In this document: piece after piece, positions 37,372 through 50,504 of the stretch
Layout: the number at the start of each line of letters is the position of its first letter
How positions within the stretch are numbered: the stretch's first letter is position 1
Assembly: GCA_013265495.1 (NCBI GenBank)
Contig: MU058844.1
Location: 9,754,184 to 9,818,183, forward strand
DNA: 64,000 nucleotides
Source of the DNA: Vicugna vicugna
Taxonomy: Eukaryota
Direction: 5' to 3'
Translations under genes and position numbers: made by a program
The notes under the pieces: generated by a model
What the model was told of the DNA's origin: nothing
Seen by the model: only the letters and a program-made list of their open reading frames with translations
Databases searched by the model: none

Positions 37372-40300
37372 CTAAGAGAAAAAAGATGGTTATCTGTCCA
37401 GTTGCCCTTCATAATAAACATTGTGTATACATTTTGAGCACAAGTACATTAAAAATAAGCAATATTTATGCACAGATGCTTATTAATCCAGACTAACAGG
37501 ATAAAGGTGCCACTTATCCTGAAATGCTGACAAGAGTCCATTTCAGTCAATTTCAGAATAATTCAATAAATAAAATTCTTTTGTTTCCAAGTATATTCAG
37601 TGATTCAACCAAGTGTTAATAGGATGTTCATACCACAGTTTGCTTGGACTGATTTTAATGCGTCTCTAGGAATTCTGTGTATTCAAAGTAATTACAGCAT
37701 CTCTTTTCATACCAGTGTTTTAGTTGCTCAAATATTTGTTCTTCTGAAGTATTGGCAAAATCTCATTTATACCATGTATTTATCAAACTCATTTTATATA
37801 TACTGTACAAAGTAACATTTATTTCAGACTAATTCAAATAAACAAATGGTAAATACCTGAATAGTAATATCTAAAATAATGAGTCTGTGGGTTATCTTTT
37901 ATCTATTTAATTAGAAAACAAGATTTAAAGTAAGATACGAATTACATATAGGAAAGAAAAAAGTAGAGCTCACATTGCTTACTCAAAATCTTAACTCTGT
38001 TTAAAATATCACTTCAGATAAGAAAATACTGACTCAAAATTCTCCAAGTAAGTACCAAAATCCCGGGGAAGGGGGGATGTCTAGGGCAAAGTGTTGCTAA
38101 ACAACATAGCTCTACAATTAATTTCAGTCCAGTTATCTCAGTGTCCATAGAATTGGGTATAGATTAGAATCTAAAGAATAAAATGTTTAAAATGGTACTG
38201 AAAACTGTAAATTTTCAAAACAAGTTTAGGTTTTAAGAGCAATACATGATTAAAGAATCCAGATAAGGAAATATGACTGATACCAGAGAAAAGATACACG
38301 CCTTATGTGATCTCATTTATTTTCCTTCTTTAGAAACATAAGGCATCCAAGAAGTAAATGGATATTCCCCCTGAACATAAAATGCTCTTTCTTTACCACT
38401 GAAATATTTGAATTCTTGGATCATTAAGGGGAATAACAGATTTTAAGTGAATTAAGGATATTCACAAAGAGATACATTTCAGCCATGGTCTTACAAAAGC
38501 ATCAAATCACTCCAAATACAAGTGTGGTTATCTGAAAAATAGTTAGAAAGCTTCCCATAGTGAGAAAAACACGGATTCAGAGTGAGCGACTGGAGACAGG
38601 CAGGATTAGCCTGGCTATTCAGTAATTTGAAACAGTTTCATCAGACATCCTTTTTCAGAAGCAGTGGGGAGAACTTTCTTTGACTTTGCTGAGACTACAG
38701 GAGAGGAGCTTTTAAAACTCTTACTACTGTGGCTTTTAGGCCATTAATCTGAGAAAGACGCCTTGTCATAGAAACTTTGCCCAATTCCATACTCCTGTCA
38801 CTGGTCACAGGTGATTGGAACACTATAATATAGTTAATCCAATTCAGATCTCTAAAGCTATGAAATTAGCTAAGGCAATCTAACTGCATTATATCTATTT
38901 TTAAAATGTCTTTTCAAGCAGACTATACTCTCTGCTGCTTTGCATCCCTGCTTTCTTGCCCTGATCTTCACGGCAAAATGTTGCAGATAAGTATCTGCCT
39001 ACAATAGGAAAAATCCCAATTATGTTCCATAGGTAATGCAGAATCAAGGCAATTACCTCGCAAATGCAGGTCCAACATAAATTCTGTCTTATATATCTCC
39101 ATATTTCAGTAAAAAGAAGACAGTCTCTACAAATTGTTGGAACCACAGACTCAACAGGTCATCTCAGCATATACAGATACAGTTTCCACATCTACCCTGG
39201 TTTATCTCCAGAGACAAACACAAAAAGCACCTTGAGTTTATTTCTATTTCAGAGTTTAGAATTGTGGCTATGTTGATAATTATGGTAGAAAAATATCTGA
39301 GCGTAAATAAACTTCACCTGAAGCTTCAACTTCCGAACAAGTTCAGAATGTATCTTAGGCACGTAAGAGATGGTTTGCATTAAAACTGAGAACCCAGAAG
39401 AAGGAAAAGGAGAGAGAAGTGATGCTGTCCCCGAGGACCTGACCCCATCCTCCTTGTTCTTATGCTGTTGCCAGATTGGAGGAAACACATATAAACCTGT
39501 GGACTGAGGCCTGAGCGCTCTACTCTCTGAAGAGCCATCTCATGAGCAGTCCTATGGCTCAGAGGGGTCACAATCCCTCCTGCATGAGAAACCCAACTTT
39601 GACCCTGCAATAATCAGTTGTTACTCCGAATTTAGTTCAGCTGGTTTATTTTTAAAATCTGTTTGTTCTCACTAGTCTAAAAATATTATAATAGGATTAT
39701 TATATGTATCATTATAGTGTTTTGTTTCCATTTATAAAACTATATATTCTATATCTAGGTTTTTTCTTTCATCATGTTAATAACAATGATCTATATGCAG
39801 GGTTTTTTTTGTAGTTAATTAGGACATATCGTAGTTATTTAGCCTTCTTTCTATAAAGTAACATTTAGGTTGTTTCTTTCCCTTTTTTCTTTCTTTAGTT
39901 ATTACTAACAAAGATGCAATAATCATCCTTAACTCAAATAGCTTTTCATAATGATACTTCCATTTCTGCAGATTAAATTCCCAATACTATGATTGAATCA
40001 AATTTTTAAAAAATTTTATTTTAAAGATAACTCTTCCAAAATAATTACAGCTCCAAATTATATATTATTATAACTTGGAGTCACAACAACAATATGTGTA
40101 AACTCTCATTATTAGTCTGGATATTAATCTTCTTAATTACTGCGAATTTAATGGACCAAAAACATTAATTTGCACATCTGACAATGAGTGAAATAGAATG
40201 TCTTCTTATTGGTCATTTGCAGTCCAATTTTTGGAATAACTTATTCACACAATTTCTTTTCTATATTTTATTTTAGTCTTTTAAACAGAGAGCAATATAT

Positions 40301-42874
40301 ATGGAAGTTAAGGGGGCACTGTTTTTTAGACAGTGCTGCAAGTGAAGACAGACAGATACTTTCCCCACCCCTTCTGAATTTAGTGATGATGTCTTCAATC
40401 AATAGTCAACAAAATTTATTCAGCATTTATTTTATGTCAGGAACTATGCTAGGCATAAATGAGAAAGAGCCAGGCTCTACCCTCAACACAGAGAGACAAA
40501 GCAGTAAATAATTACAATACAATTCCTTAATAACGGTGTGATCCCCTTAAGGACAGTAACTTTTTCCTCCTAGTGTCCAAAAGCAAAGAAGAAGAGAAAG
40601 AGATGAGCAAGGAAATTAATTGTGACCAAAAAGTAGAAGAGAATAAAGTACAGCCCCAGAGATGCAATAAATTGCTTACTAGAGAGCTGGTCTGTGAGAT
40701 CTGTGAGTAAAATAGGGAGCTGAGTGAGAAAGGGAGAGGAAGAGACAGTCTACTTGACAAAGTAGGTCTAACTGTCACATATCCGAAGTCACAAACTGTG
40801 TGGAAATGGAAGGAATAGAAATATCACACAACACTTAACGTGTCGAGTAGGTAACTTTCTATATCAGCCAAACCTTCCAAGCAGTGCACATTTTCAAACT
40901 GAGGGGGGAAAAAAAAAAAACTCGGGGTGGAGGAAGTCCTCAGTGTAATCATTTTACTGATTTAATTCTAGAAATTCATTACACCATTTTAAAAGCCTTT
41001 CTGAATTTAAGAAATCAAAATTATTCCAAATAATTTCAAAGTCATTTGAATTAATATAAGATGGAGTTTTTCTATTTGTCTAAACTCATTGGTTACCCCA
41101 AGAATGTCTTGGGATGAAATTAATGGAATCTTTAAGGGGAGGTTATTTCCTAGTTAATCTATATTTTTTTCCCCAAAAGATAGACCACATTTTGACATCT
41201 AGGACATAAAGAAAATTCTAGAGCTTAAGAGTAGTTTTTCTGCTTTGCTTAACCAATTTCTCTGTTCATTTCTTATCATGTCAAGACTATGCTAAGCAAT
41301 AATTGCCCATGAGGAATCATGAATACCAAAACCATACGGAAAGACTTAAACAAAAGTTCCATTTCTCCATTTCCCCAAATATGAACATGAACAGTTTTCT
41401 ACACAAGGTCTGAGATTCTTCGAAAGGTCATGGTCTTAATTCTAATTTTCATCATCTGATATTTTGTTCCATGTGGACAACCTAATTTGATGATATACCA
41501 TTCCTGTTCATTCCTATCAATTTATTTTCAAAACTTTAATCTGCTTTTATCTAAATATTCTATGTTAATCCTTTCACTCAGTATATACTGCTCCTCAAAA
41601 TAATTTCAACATCCATTTCGTTGACTCTATCAAATCATTCTCTCCTACATATGAACAAGCAATTTCACTAATTTTCCGACTACAAGTAAACTAGTCTTCT
41701 ATGGTGCAGTTACTCTAGAATATTTACTCTGCAAAGCTGGACAGTACCAGTAACTTCATAATTATGTATCAAACAACCCCAAACTAGCAAGGCATAAATA
41801 GTTGCACATTCTATGATCCTAAAGCTTTTCTAGACTCTTACAGAAAGTTGAAATAGTTGTTACTCTTGTTTCTACTGTCATCATTTGGTTGGCTGGTTGA
41901 TTTCGTTTAATTTGGCTTACCTTTGTTTTGCTTGTTAGCCTTTAGCAGAAAAGACATTTATAAAGTTAGAATGAAAGGCCACTAAGGAGAATGAGTTTGA
42001 AGCTCACTTATACACTTATCAACCATGGTCATGAAGCAAACATAAGGAATTAGTGCCCAGAAGACAGGAGGAGGGATTGTACTTCAGCTGGAGGAGAAAG
42101 ATTTCATCTCCTGAGAATGGACAAAATCCCTCAGGGCAGAATAAAGAGCTCAGATTCTATTCCAAGAGTAATGGAAAATTCCTTTGAGTGTTTTCTCCAG
42201 GGTGTGATCTTTGGGTAAATGATAAAAATAAAAATTAAAAATCCCTTGCAATACTGGGATTCATTCTCTCTCTCTCTCTCTCCAGATAGTCAGACAGACA
42301 GATAGACTAATCCTTATTTAAGCCTCAAGTCTCCGTGTATCTGGCCTGCCCCCCCTCCAGTTTCATTTCTTTCCACTTTCTTCCTGTACCGTTATTATTC
42401 AAGGCACAGGGCCATCTTGCTGTTGCCCACACCAAGCTTCTTGCTGTTAACCACACTTGATAAAATTATTTGAGTTCCTACATCCAGTTAGTATACCCCT
42501 GGACTTTTCAGCTAAATGTGTCAATATTTTGCTTACGCCAATTTAGGTTGGGCCCGATCACTGGAAGCTGAAAGAATCTTAACACATATTCCCATTCTTC
42601 AACAGTTTCTCATATGCCTTGATCCTGAGTATTTCCACCATCATCATCGCTCCTCCCTGGGTAAGCTCACTTTGTCCATTTAGTATTTAAACTGTGGGGA
42701 CCAGTAGTCCAACTGATTTGTGCATGCACCAATATAGTTATTCTCTCGTGATGGATAAAGTCTATCAACTAATGTAAACCAGTATTAAGCCAGTGATTTT
42801 TTTTTGGTAGAACTATGCCAGATGAGTTGATGCAATAAGTTTAATTTATTATAACTTCATCAGTGTTTTTTTCC

Positions 42875-42945
42875 CCTTAACAGAGGCACTGGGTATTGAA
42901 CTTAGGACCATGTTCATGCCAAGCACATGCTCTACTCCACCCCAC
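42875..42945 (-). mobile_element. Short tRNA-derived SINE, same family as 17336 and 45784
   Basis: The reverse complement gives agtagagcatgtgcttggcatgaacatggtcctaagttcaatacccagtgcctc. Confidence 0.7.
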
Positions 42946-45783
42946 TCCATCAGTCTTTATTACAAATGCTGTTATAAAACTAAGACATCCCTATTTCTAA
43001 AAGCATACAGCTGAGTTTTCAGAACAAAGGCAGATTATAACACTTATTCCTAGTGATTTGAGAAAAGCATGATTTGGAGTAAACCACATCTGGTTATGAC
43101 TCTGTCATCTTCTAGGTCTGTAACCTTAAGCAGCTCCTTAACTTCATCAAGACTTGGTTTCCACAACTATAAAATGGTGATAATATTCTTCACTTTTTAG
43201 TATTGTTGTGAAAAACAAATAAGAAAATTTAGGTAAGAAGCTAAACACATTTGTCCCAAAATGCTAACTATCTCTCTTGAGCCCATTTCTTTACCTCTCC
43301 AAAATGTTTTGTTCCCCAATCACAATCCCTCCTAACTTTGTACATTTCAAAAATGTGATTTTTTAAAAAAATGACCTCTTAAATTTAAGATATAAAAACT
43401 CAAGATCCACACAGGCAAAATAAAGGACTAAAAAATCCTGAACTTAAAATAGAACTGTGGTGGCAACTGAGGTAAACTGCAAAGCAAATGCTCCATCTAA
43501 AGACAGGCTCTATTTAACTACAGCTGATTCTTATGAGAAATATGTCAGAAATATTCTGATCTTTGTAAGAAACAAAGAAAATTGAAGTTTCACTAGATAG
43601 TTAATAATTTTTAAATGCTGTCAGAACTTTATTTAGAACGTATTAACAGTCTGCTGGGCCAGCAAAGCCGAGGTGGCCCACAGATAGTCTGTTTGTCACC
43701 TCAGGATCCAAGCTTCATCCGAGTCATTCATGAAATTGATCAGCAAGAAAGAATTGAGACAGAGCTCTTAACATCTCATTAGAAACATCAAGTTAAACAA
43801 TCAAGAGCACTCTTGGACTCAACCACTCCTCCTATCTGTGTTTGTTTCTCCCACCATTCTAATCTGGCCCCACTATTTCATTTCTACAAACCTATGTGCA
43901 AACTTCTTGACACAGTTCATTCAAGCTGCCTCCAAACCTTCATATCCTGTTCCCACTGAAGATGTTCTCCTGACTTATCAACCTGTCTTTACCACCTTCA
44001 TTCCAAAATGGGAAGTAAATTCATGAAATTTGAAATGACCCCCTTTCCATTCTAATTATTGATTTATATCATATGTTCAAACTGTAGTTTTAATAGAGTC
44101 AAAATCTTTTAGCAAACTGGGAAAAAAAAAAGGACTAAGCATATCTTTTTAGTATACTGAAACCCATTTCCAAAGGTAAGCCTTTATGTTACAGGGGAAA
44201 TTATTTGACCAATGACATTTAATAAAGAGCTGGTATTGAATTCTTTCTAGTTCCTAACATATTGCTTAGCAGTGCTTAAAATTTTTTTCACATGAGCATA
44301 TTTTATCTCCAATTAGTCTACAACCATTTTAAGGTTCTATACATTTTTTAACTCCCCACAGAGTTTAATAAACATTTGTCAGACTGACCAATTCAGAATT
44401 ACTTCTCATAATGGCTACTAAGAAAACTGAGAAACATTTAAAAGCCAAGATTTATATATAAGCTAGAATTTTCAGCATGATTTTCATCCTCAGTCTTCTA
44501 GCCACATCTTATGGGCCATTTGCTTAGAAGTTTTATAAACAAGGAAGAAAACTACTGTTAAATTTTACTAAAGGAAAATTGCTGAGCAAATCCAAGTTGA
44601 ATTCAACTATAAAATAAAGAAGTTGTATATCAGTTTACTAGAATATCATACCTCAATCCAAACTGTATTTAAAAAAAATAAGCTTAGAGGGCTCTAGTAG
44701 AAATTCATTTATTTAATGGTGGTGGCCTAAGAATGCAAGGATTGTTTCTCATTTGAAAACATACAAACAGACTTTATGAATATAACTGAGGGAAATATGC
44801 TACTTAGATGACAAATTTTTTTTCACAAAGCAAACTTTAGAAAGAAATATTGTTTTAAAATGCAGTAGGTGGAAACAGATTTCTGAACACACTGTCTACA
44901 AATTAAATGTGACTCACACAGTAGTGGTTATAAAATGATTGCACAGTAATCCTCATAAGCTATTTTATAAAGAAATACTCATGACAGAGAAGTCACCCAG
45001 TATATCACATAAAATAGGCAATTTGCAGACATATTGAAAATAGCAAATATACCAAAGTGTTGTTTTTAAAAGAATTTGGTAATTACTGAAAGAAACTAAA
45101 ATGATGGAAATTGAGATTTAGGAGAGAAATGTGAACCCCTGAAATAGGAATCTTGTTAATAAAGATAGCCACTACTTATACAGTATTTTAAGAAAATCAC
45201 ATAGATAATTGAGTGGCAGACCCACGATTCAAACCTATGTCTCTCTGACTCAAAATGCATGTGCATTGTATCATGATACATGCCTTCTATCCTCCCCCCA
45301 AAAAAAGTGAGCCAGCAGGAGTTCCAAAAAAGCAGTAGGAATTAGTGATAGTGGTATGAAAGAACCCAGGATTATGACTATCCCTTTAATTGCAGTGGCT
45401 AAAGCTTCCAACAGTAAGAAGATGCTGGGAATTTTACAATATCACTGTATATACTTTATTATCATTAATATATATTTCAGGCTATTATAGATAATATTCT
45501 TGAACATGTTAAGGTGTTTTTCCTTTTTTGTTCTTTCTTTTTATGTCCTTATTTATTCAACCTGAGGCATCCATTGTCTGGAAAAGCACCACTACTCAGA
45601 AGCTAGAAGTGTGAAGAGAAAAAGTCGATATTAAATTTTTAACTCTAGAAATATGTTCTTAGTTAAAATTTTAATATCAATAATAATAAAGTTGAATGCA
45701 TCCATTCAACAAATACTTAATTTCAGTTATGAGCCAGGTAGTTTTCTGTTCCAGATACAGCAGTGAATGAAGTAGATCTTGGA

Positions 45784-45956
45784 AGGGAGGGTATGGCTCA
45801 GTGGTGCAGCACATGCTTAGCATGCATGAGGACCTGGGTTCAATCCCTGGTACCTCCATATAAATAAATGAGTAAATAAATGAATGAATGAATGAATGAA
45901 TGAATAAATAAATAATAAATAAATAAATACCTAATTACTTCCCTCTAAAACAAACA
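45784..45956 (+). mobile_element. tRNA-derived SINE (camelid Vic-1-like) with an expanded (GAAT)n/(AAAT)n tail and a 12-bp TSD
   Basis: gggagggtatggctcagtgg...ggttcaatccctggtacctcca; aagtagatcttg at 45770-45781 and 45957-45968. Confidence 0.88.
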
Positions 45957-46088
45957 AAGTAGATCTTGAAGCAGATAGGATCTCGCTCTCGCTCTCTCTC
46001 TTCTCTCACCATCTCTCTCTTCTCTCAAAAACAAACAAAGTAGATCTTGAAGCAGATAGGATCTCGCTCTCGCTCTCTCTCTTCTCTC
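45947..46088. repeat. 61-bp perfect direct duplication with a 20-bp spacer
   Basis: aaaacaaacaaagtagatcttgaagcagataggatctcgctctcgctctctctcttctctc at 45947-46007 and 46028-46088. Confidence 0.95.
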
Positions 46089-47074
46089 GCTACGTGTGGT
46101 GTGGGTTTGTGTGTGTGTATGTGTGTGTGTGTGTGTGTGTGTGAACTAAAGCCAAGTTCTGTTGAGGAACAAGTGTTTTCCACATGGAAAGTCAATTTTT
46201 CATGATTTGGGACATTAAAGTTGTACAAGTCAAGAAAGGGGCTTTCATTAGTCAAGAAAAGAAAAAGTTCTGTGCTAATAAGAAAACGAGAGAGAAAGAA
46301 GAGGACAAAGCAGTCAGACTGGAGTGTCCTTGGATATTTAGGTGAGGGTAGAGTGATGAAAACACCCCCAATAGGTTTGTGAAGGAAATCAAAGTGTGGA
46401 GGGCTTGCTCCTTCTCAGGATGGAGAGGAAAATGAAAAGCCTCTTAGAAAATCTCCATCCTCAATATGGCACCATGTCCAGTAAGATCTAAGGGCTCTTC
46501 TAGCAGACCATCCAGAGCTAGGGAAGGATGTGGAGGTCACCTTCCCAGTCTTCAAGTGAAAAACTGGGTAAGAGAAAACAACCTAGAGCATGAGCTACCT
46601 GAGGGTTGAGAGGGTTGATTCAGACTAAGAGCCAGGGCACTAGAATAAGCCTGAGGTTGGATCAAGTTTCAAACAGAAAATAAAACCCTTCAAACTAGAA
46701 GCTAGGATAAAAGGTAAGCACCAGAAAGATTCCCAAAAAGCCAGGTGAGACGAACCACAGCATCACAGACTTGAGATCTCCTCACCCTGCTTTCAGTGGG
46801 CTGCCTCTGTATCAAGAATCCATCTTAGGAAGTGAGACAGAAAAGGGAGACTCCCTGAAAGAGGAGAGAAAACGTACTATTGGGGAGTTGAACTTACACA
46901 ACACGATCACTGTATACAGTAATGACACTGTTCTCACAGTGTAGGGCTGGAAACGCCAGCAAGAAAAGTCCTGATTCTCATTTTCATTAACTTTCTTCAT
47001 TTTTCCCTACCTCAGCAAAAGGGTATCAAAAATCTCAGAGTCATCACCCTTGATTCAAAAATCTAGATGTCATC

Positions 47075-48345
47075 CATACTCTGAATACTATAAAATACTG
47101 AAAAAGGAAATTGAAGATGATTCAAAGAAATGGAAAGATAGCCCATGCTCTTGGATTGGAAGAATTAATATTGTTAAAAATGGCCATACTACTCATACCA
47201 ATCTACAGATTTAATGCTATTCCTATCAAATTATCCAGGACATTTTTCACAGAACTAGAAAAAATAATCCTAAAATTTATATGGAACCACGAAAGACTCA
47301 GAATTGCCAAAGCAATCCTGAAGAAAAAAAACAAAGCTGGAGGCAGAACCTTCCCAGATTTCAGACAATACTACAGACATATGGATCAATGCAACAGAAC
47401 AGGGAGCCTGGAAACAAATCCACACACCTCTGATCAATTAATCTTTGACAAAGGAGGCAAGAATATACAAGGGGGAACAGACAATCTCTTCAGCAAGTGG
47501 TGTTAGGAAAGCTGGACAGAAGCATGTAAATCAATGAAGTTAGAACACTCCCGCACACCATACACAAAAATAAACTCAAAATGGCTTAAAGACTTCACTA
47601 TAGGACATGACACCATAAAACTTCTAGAAGAGAATATAGGCAAAACATTCTCTGACATAAATTGTAGCAATATTTTCTTAGGTCAGTCACAAAAGGCAAA
47701 ATAAGAAAAACAAAAATAAACAAATGGGACCTAATTAAGCTTATAAGCTTTTGCACAGCAAAGGAAACCAAATACAACAAAAAGAGAACCTACAGAATGG
47801 AAGAAAATATTCACAAATGATGCAACCAATGAGAGCTTAATTTCCAAAATATACAAACAGCTCATACAACTCTATATAAAAAAGAAAAAAAACCCCATTG
47901 AAAAATGTGTAGAAGGCCTAAATAGACATTTCTTCAAAGACATACAGATGGCCAACAGGCACACAAAAAGATGTTCAACATTACTAATTACTTCAATGAG
48001 GCATCACCTCACACCAGTCAGAAAGGCCATAATCAAGAAGTCTACAAATAATAAATGCTGAAGAGAGTGTGGAGAAAAGGGAACCCTCCTACACTGTTGG
48101 TACGAATGTAAATTGGTGCAGCCGCTATGGAAAGCAGTATGGAGGTTCCTTAAACTAAAAACAGAGTTACCACATGATCCAGCAATTCCACTCCCGGGCA
48201 TGTATCTGGAGAAAACTCTAATTCAAAAAGACATACATCCCAATGTTCATAGCAGCACTATTTACAATAGCCAACACACGGAAGCAACCTATGTGTCCAT
48301 CAACAGACGGATGGATAAAGAAGATGTGGTGTGTACATGTACACG

Positions 48346-48376
<31 letters not shown>

Positions 48377-48728
48377 CTACTTAGCCATAAAAAGAATGAA
48401 ATAATGCCATCTGCAGCAACATGAATGGACCTAGAGATTATCATACTATGTTAAGTAAGTTAGATACAGAAAGACAAATATCATATCATATCACTTATTT
48501 ATGGAATCTAAAAAAATGATGCAAATGAACTCATTCACAACACAGAAACAGACTCACACACATAGAAAACAATCTTATGGTTACTGAAGAGGAAAGGGGG
48601 GTGGAGGAATGTATTAGGAATTTGAGATCAGTAGATAAGCATACTATAAGTAAAAGAGATAAACAACAAGGACCAACTGTATAGCACAGTGAACTATATT
48701 CAATATCTTGTAATAATACATAATGGAA
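47075..48728 (+). mobile_element. 5'-truncated L1 (ORF2 C-terminal part and 3'UTR; frameshifted, with internal deletions)
   Basis: ORF track peptides [11 protein letters not shown]...[22 protein letters not shown] and [22 protein letters not shown] are L1 ORF2; flanked by 18-bp near-identical direct repeats. Confidence 0.92.
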
Positions 48729-48746
48729 AAAAATTTAGATGTCATC

Positions 48747-49400
48747 ATTGACTCATTTCTCCTTTTTGATCCCACAGCAAATCCATCACCAAGTCCTGTC
48801 AATTCTTCTTTCTTAATGTAATGAAAAGCTTCCCACTTCACTCCTTTATCCCAGTATCATTTATTGCCCAGATTACTAAAATAACCTCCTACCTAGTATC
48901 CTTGCTAACAATTTTGCCCCCTACAATTTTCCCAAGGTCTTAAAATTCTTGAATAACTTCCATTACATTTGAAATGAAAACCAACTCCTTAGGATGGCTT
49001 AGCCCTGACCTTTGTCTGACTCCTACCCTCCAATACAGCTCTCCTCTAACTCCCACCAACACTGACCTCTCTGGTCTTCAAAATGACAAATGTGTTTCTC
49101 TACAGAGCCTGTCAGTGGATGCTCCTTCCTCCTGCAGATCTTCACATGACAAGAAGCTCCTTCTTGTCATCTAGATCACAACTCAATGCCATTTCATCAG
49201 AGGACTTCCAAAGCATTCCACCAAAAGTAGCCCCCTCTCCCGACTTCCCCTCATCTGTTTATTTATGGATATATAATCTACTTATCTCTTTAGAATGTAA
49301 GTTCCTTGAGGGCAGGGGTCTGATGTGTGTCTTGTTCACAGGTACATAGGTTTTCTCTCAATATCTTGAATGATGAAATGAAAAACTGAAGAGATTAATG
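48747..49400 (+). mobile_element. L2 3' portion, interrupted at its left end by the L1
   Basis: aaatccatcaccaagtcctgtcaattc..., ending tagaatgtaagttccttgagggcagggg...tgaatga. Confidence 0.7.
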
Positions 49401-50383
49401 AACAAATAGGGTAACAGAGGGGAATGGTTACCTTCTTCCCACTCTCCTTTTCCCACTAATATCTCTCATGTCACTCCCAGTTTTGCCAAAGGTAGGCAAA
49501 GTGACTAGAAATCAGGCAATGAAGAACACAGGAAGTGTAGTCCTAAAGAGCAGTGAGCAAAGGGCTTCAACAGGGTTTGGGGAAAGAAACAATTTAGGAA
49601 AGAGAACAGGAGACTTCAAAACGTTGTAGCCTCCCACTCCATGTTGGATCTTCCAAATCAGGAATATAAAAGTAAGAAATACCTATCTTCTATAAAGCAT
49701 CATGTAAATTGTACTTTCTGAGTTGAAATATTTAACACACACTAGGAAATAAATAACTAGTGAATCTTATCAAGAGGATTTATAGGGAGATTTTTATCTA
49801 CTGAGTTTTCAGGAAGCAGTAGAGCCATGTTGCTAATTGATATGAGAAGCACTATAGGATTTCGTCTTTTTCACAACTACTTACATAAATAGGTAATTAG
49901 GGCAAAGGTGATCAGACAAAAATAAATACGCTGCTTACATTTCAATGGAAAACTGGCGTTAAGTAACAGATTACTGAAGAAATTTTTTTAGTTAAATTTT
50001 AGTTTAAATTATTCTGTCCAAGGAAACTTAAAAAAGCAGTGGCATTGAGGCTATTTGAGTAAAACTGAAAGCGTTTTAGATTACAGACTTGTAGTCACAT
50101 AAGTTGACCAGTTTATGACTTTAAAGAGCAGAAATTTAGTGTAATTATACATAATACATAGTTTTTTTGGTTTTGGTTACAAAATTAATATCATTTGACT
50201 ATGCATAGACCTCTATATTATATGGGAAAAAGTTGTTTCTTACTAACGGTATATTAACTAGACTATTAATAATCAGATTCCTAATGTAGCATCACAATCT
50301 GAAATTTTAAAACTGCATTCCTATTATGTTACAGATTAGTACTTGTTCTCAGAACTATTTCCAAAAAAGAAAAAAATTCTTAC

Positions 50384-50504
50384 CAGACATAAACTGTGTA
50401 ATAGAGGATAATTCCATTTGGCTCCAGGGGTGGTTGCCATGACAACTTCACCGTGACACCAGACAACTGTTTTACAGAGAAGTCTTGTGGGGGAGAATCA
50501 GGAG
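50384..50504 (-). CDS. PTPRQ: PTPRQ internal coding exon (121 nt, phase 1-2)
   Basis: aacttttcag|CT ... GTCTG|gtaaga; [41 protein letters not shown]. Confidence 0.95.

Noticed and set aside
47111..48424. ORFs with similarity to retroelement ORF2
   Set aside because: Frameshifted, 5'-truncated L1 ORF2 remnant; not an intact or domesticated gene.
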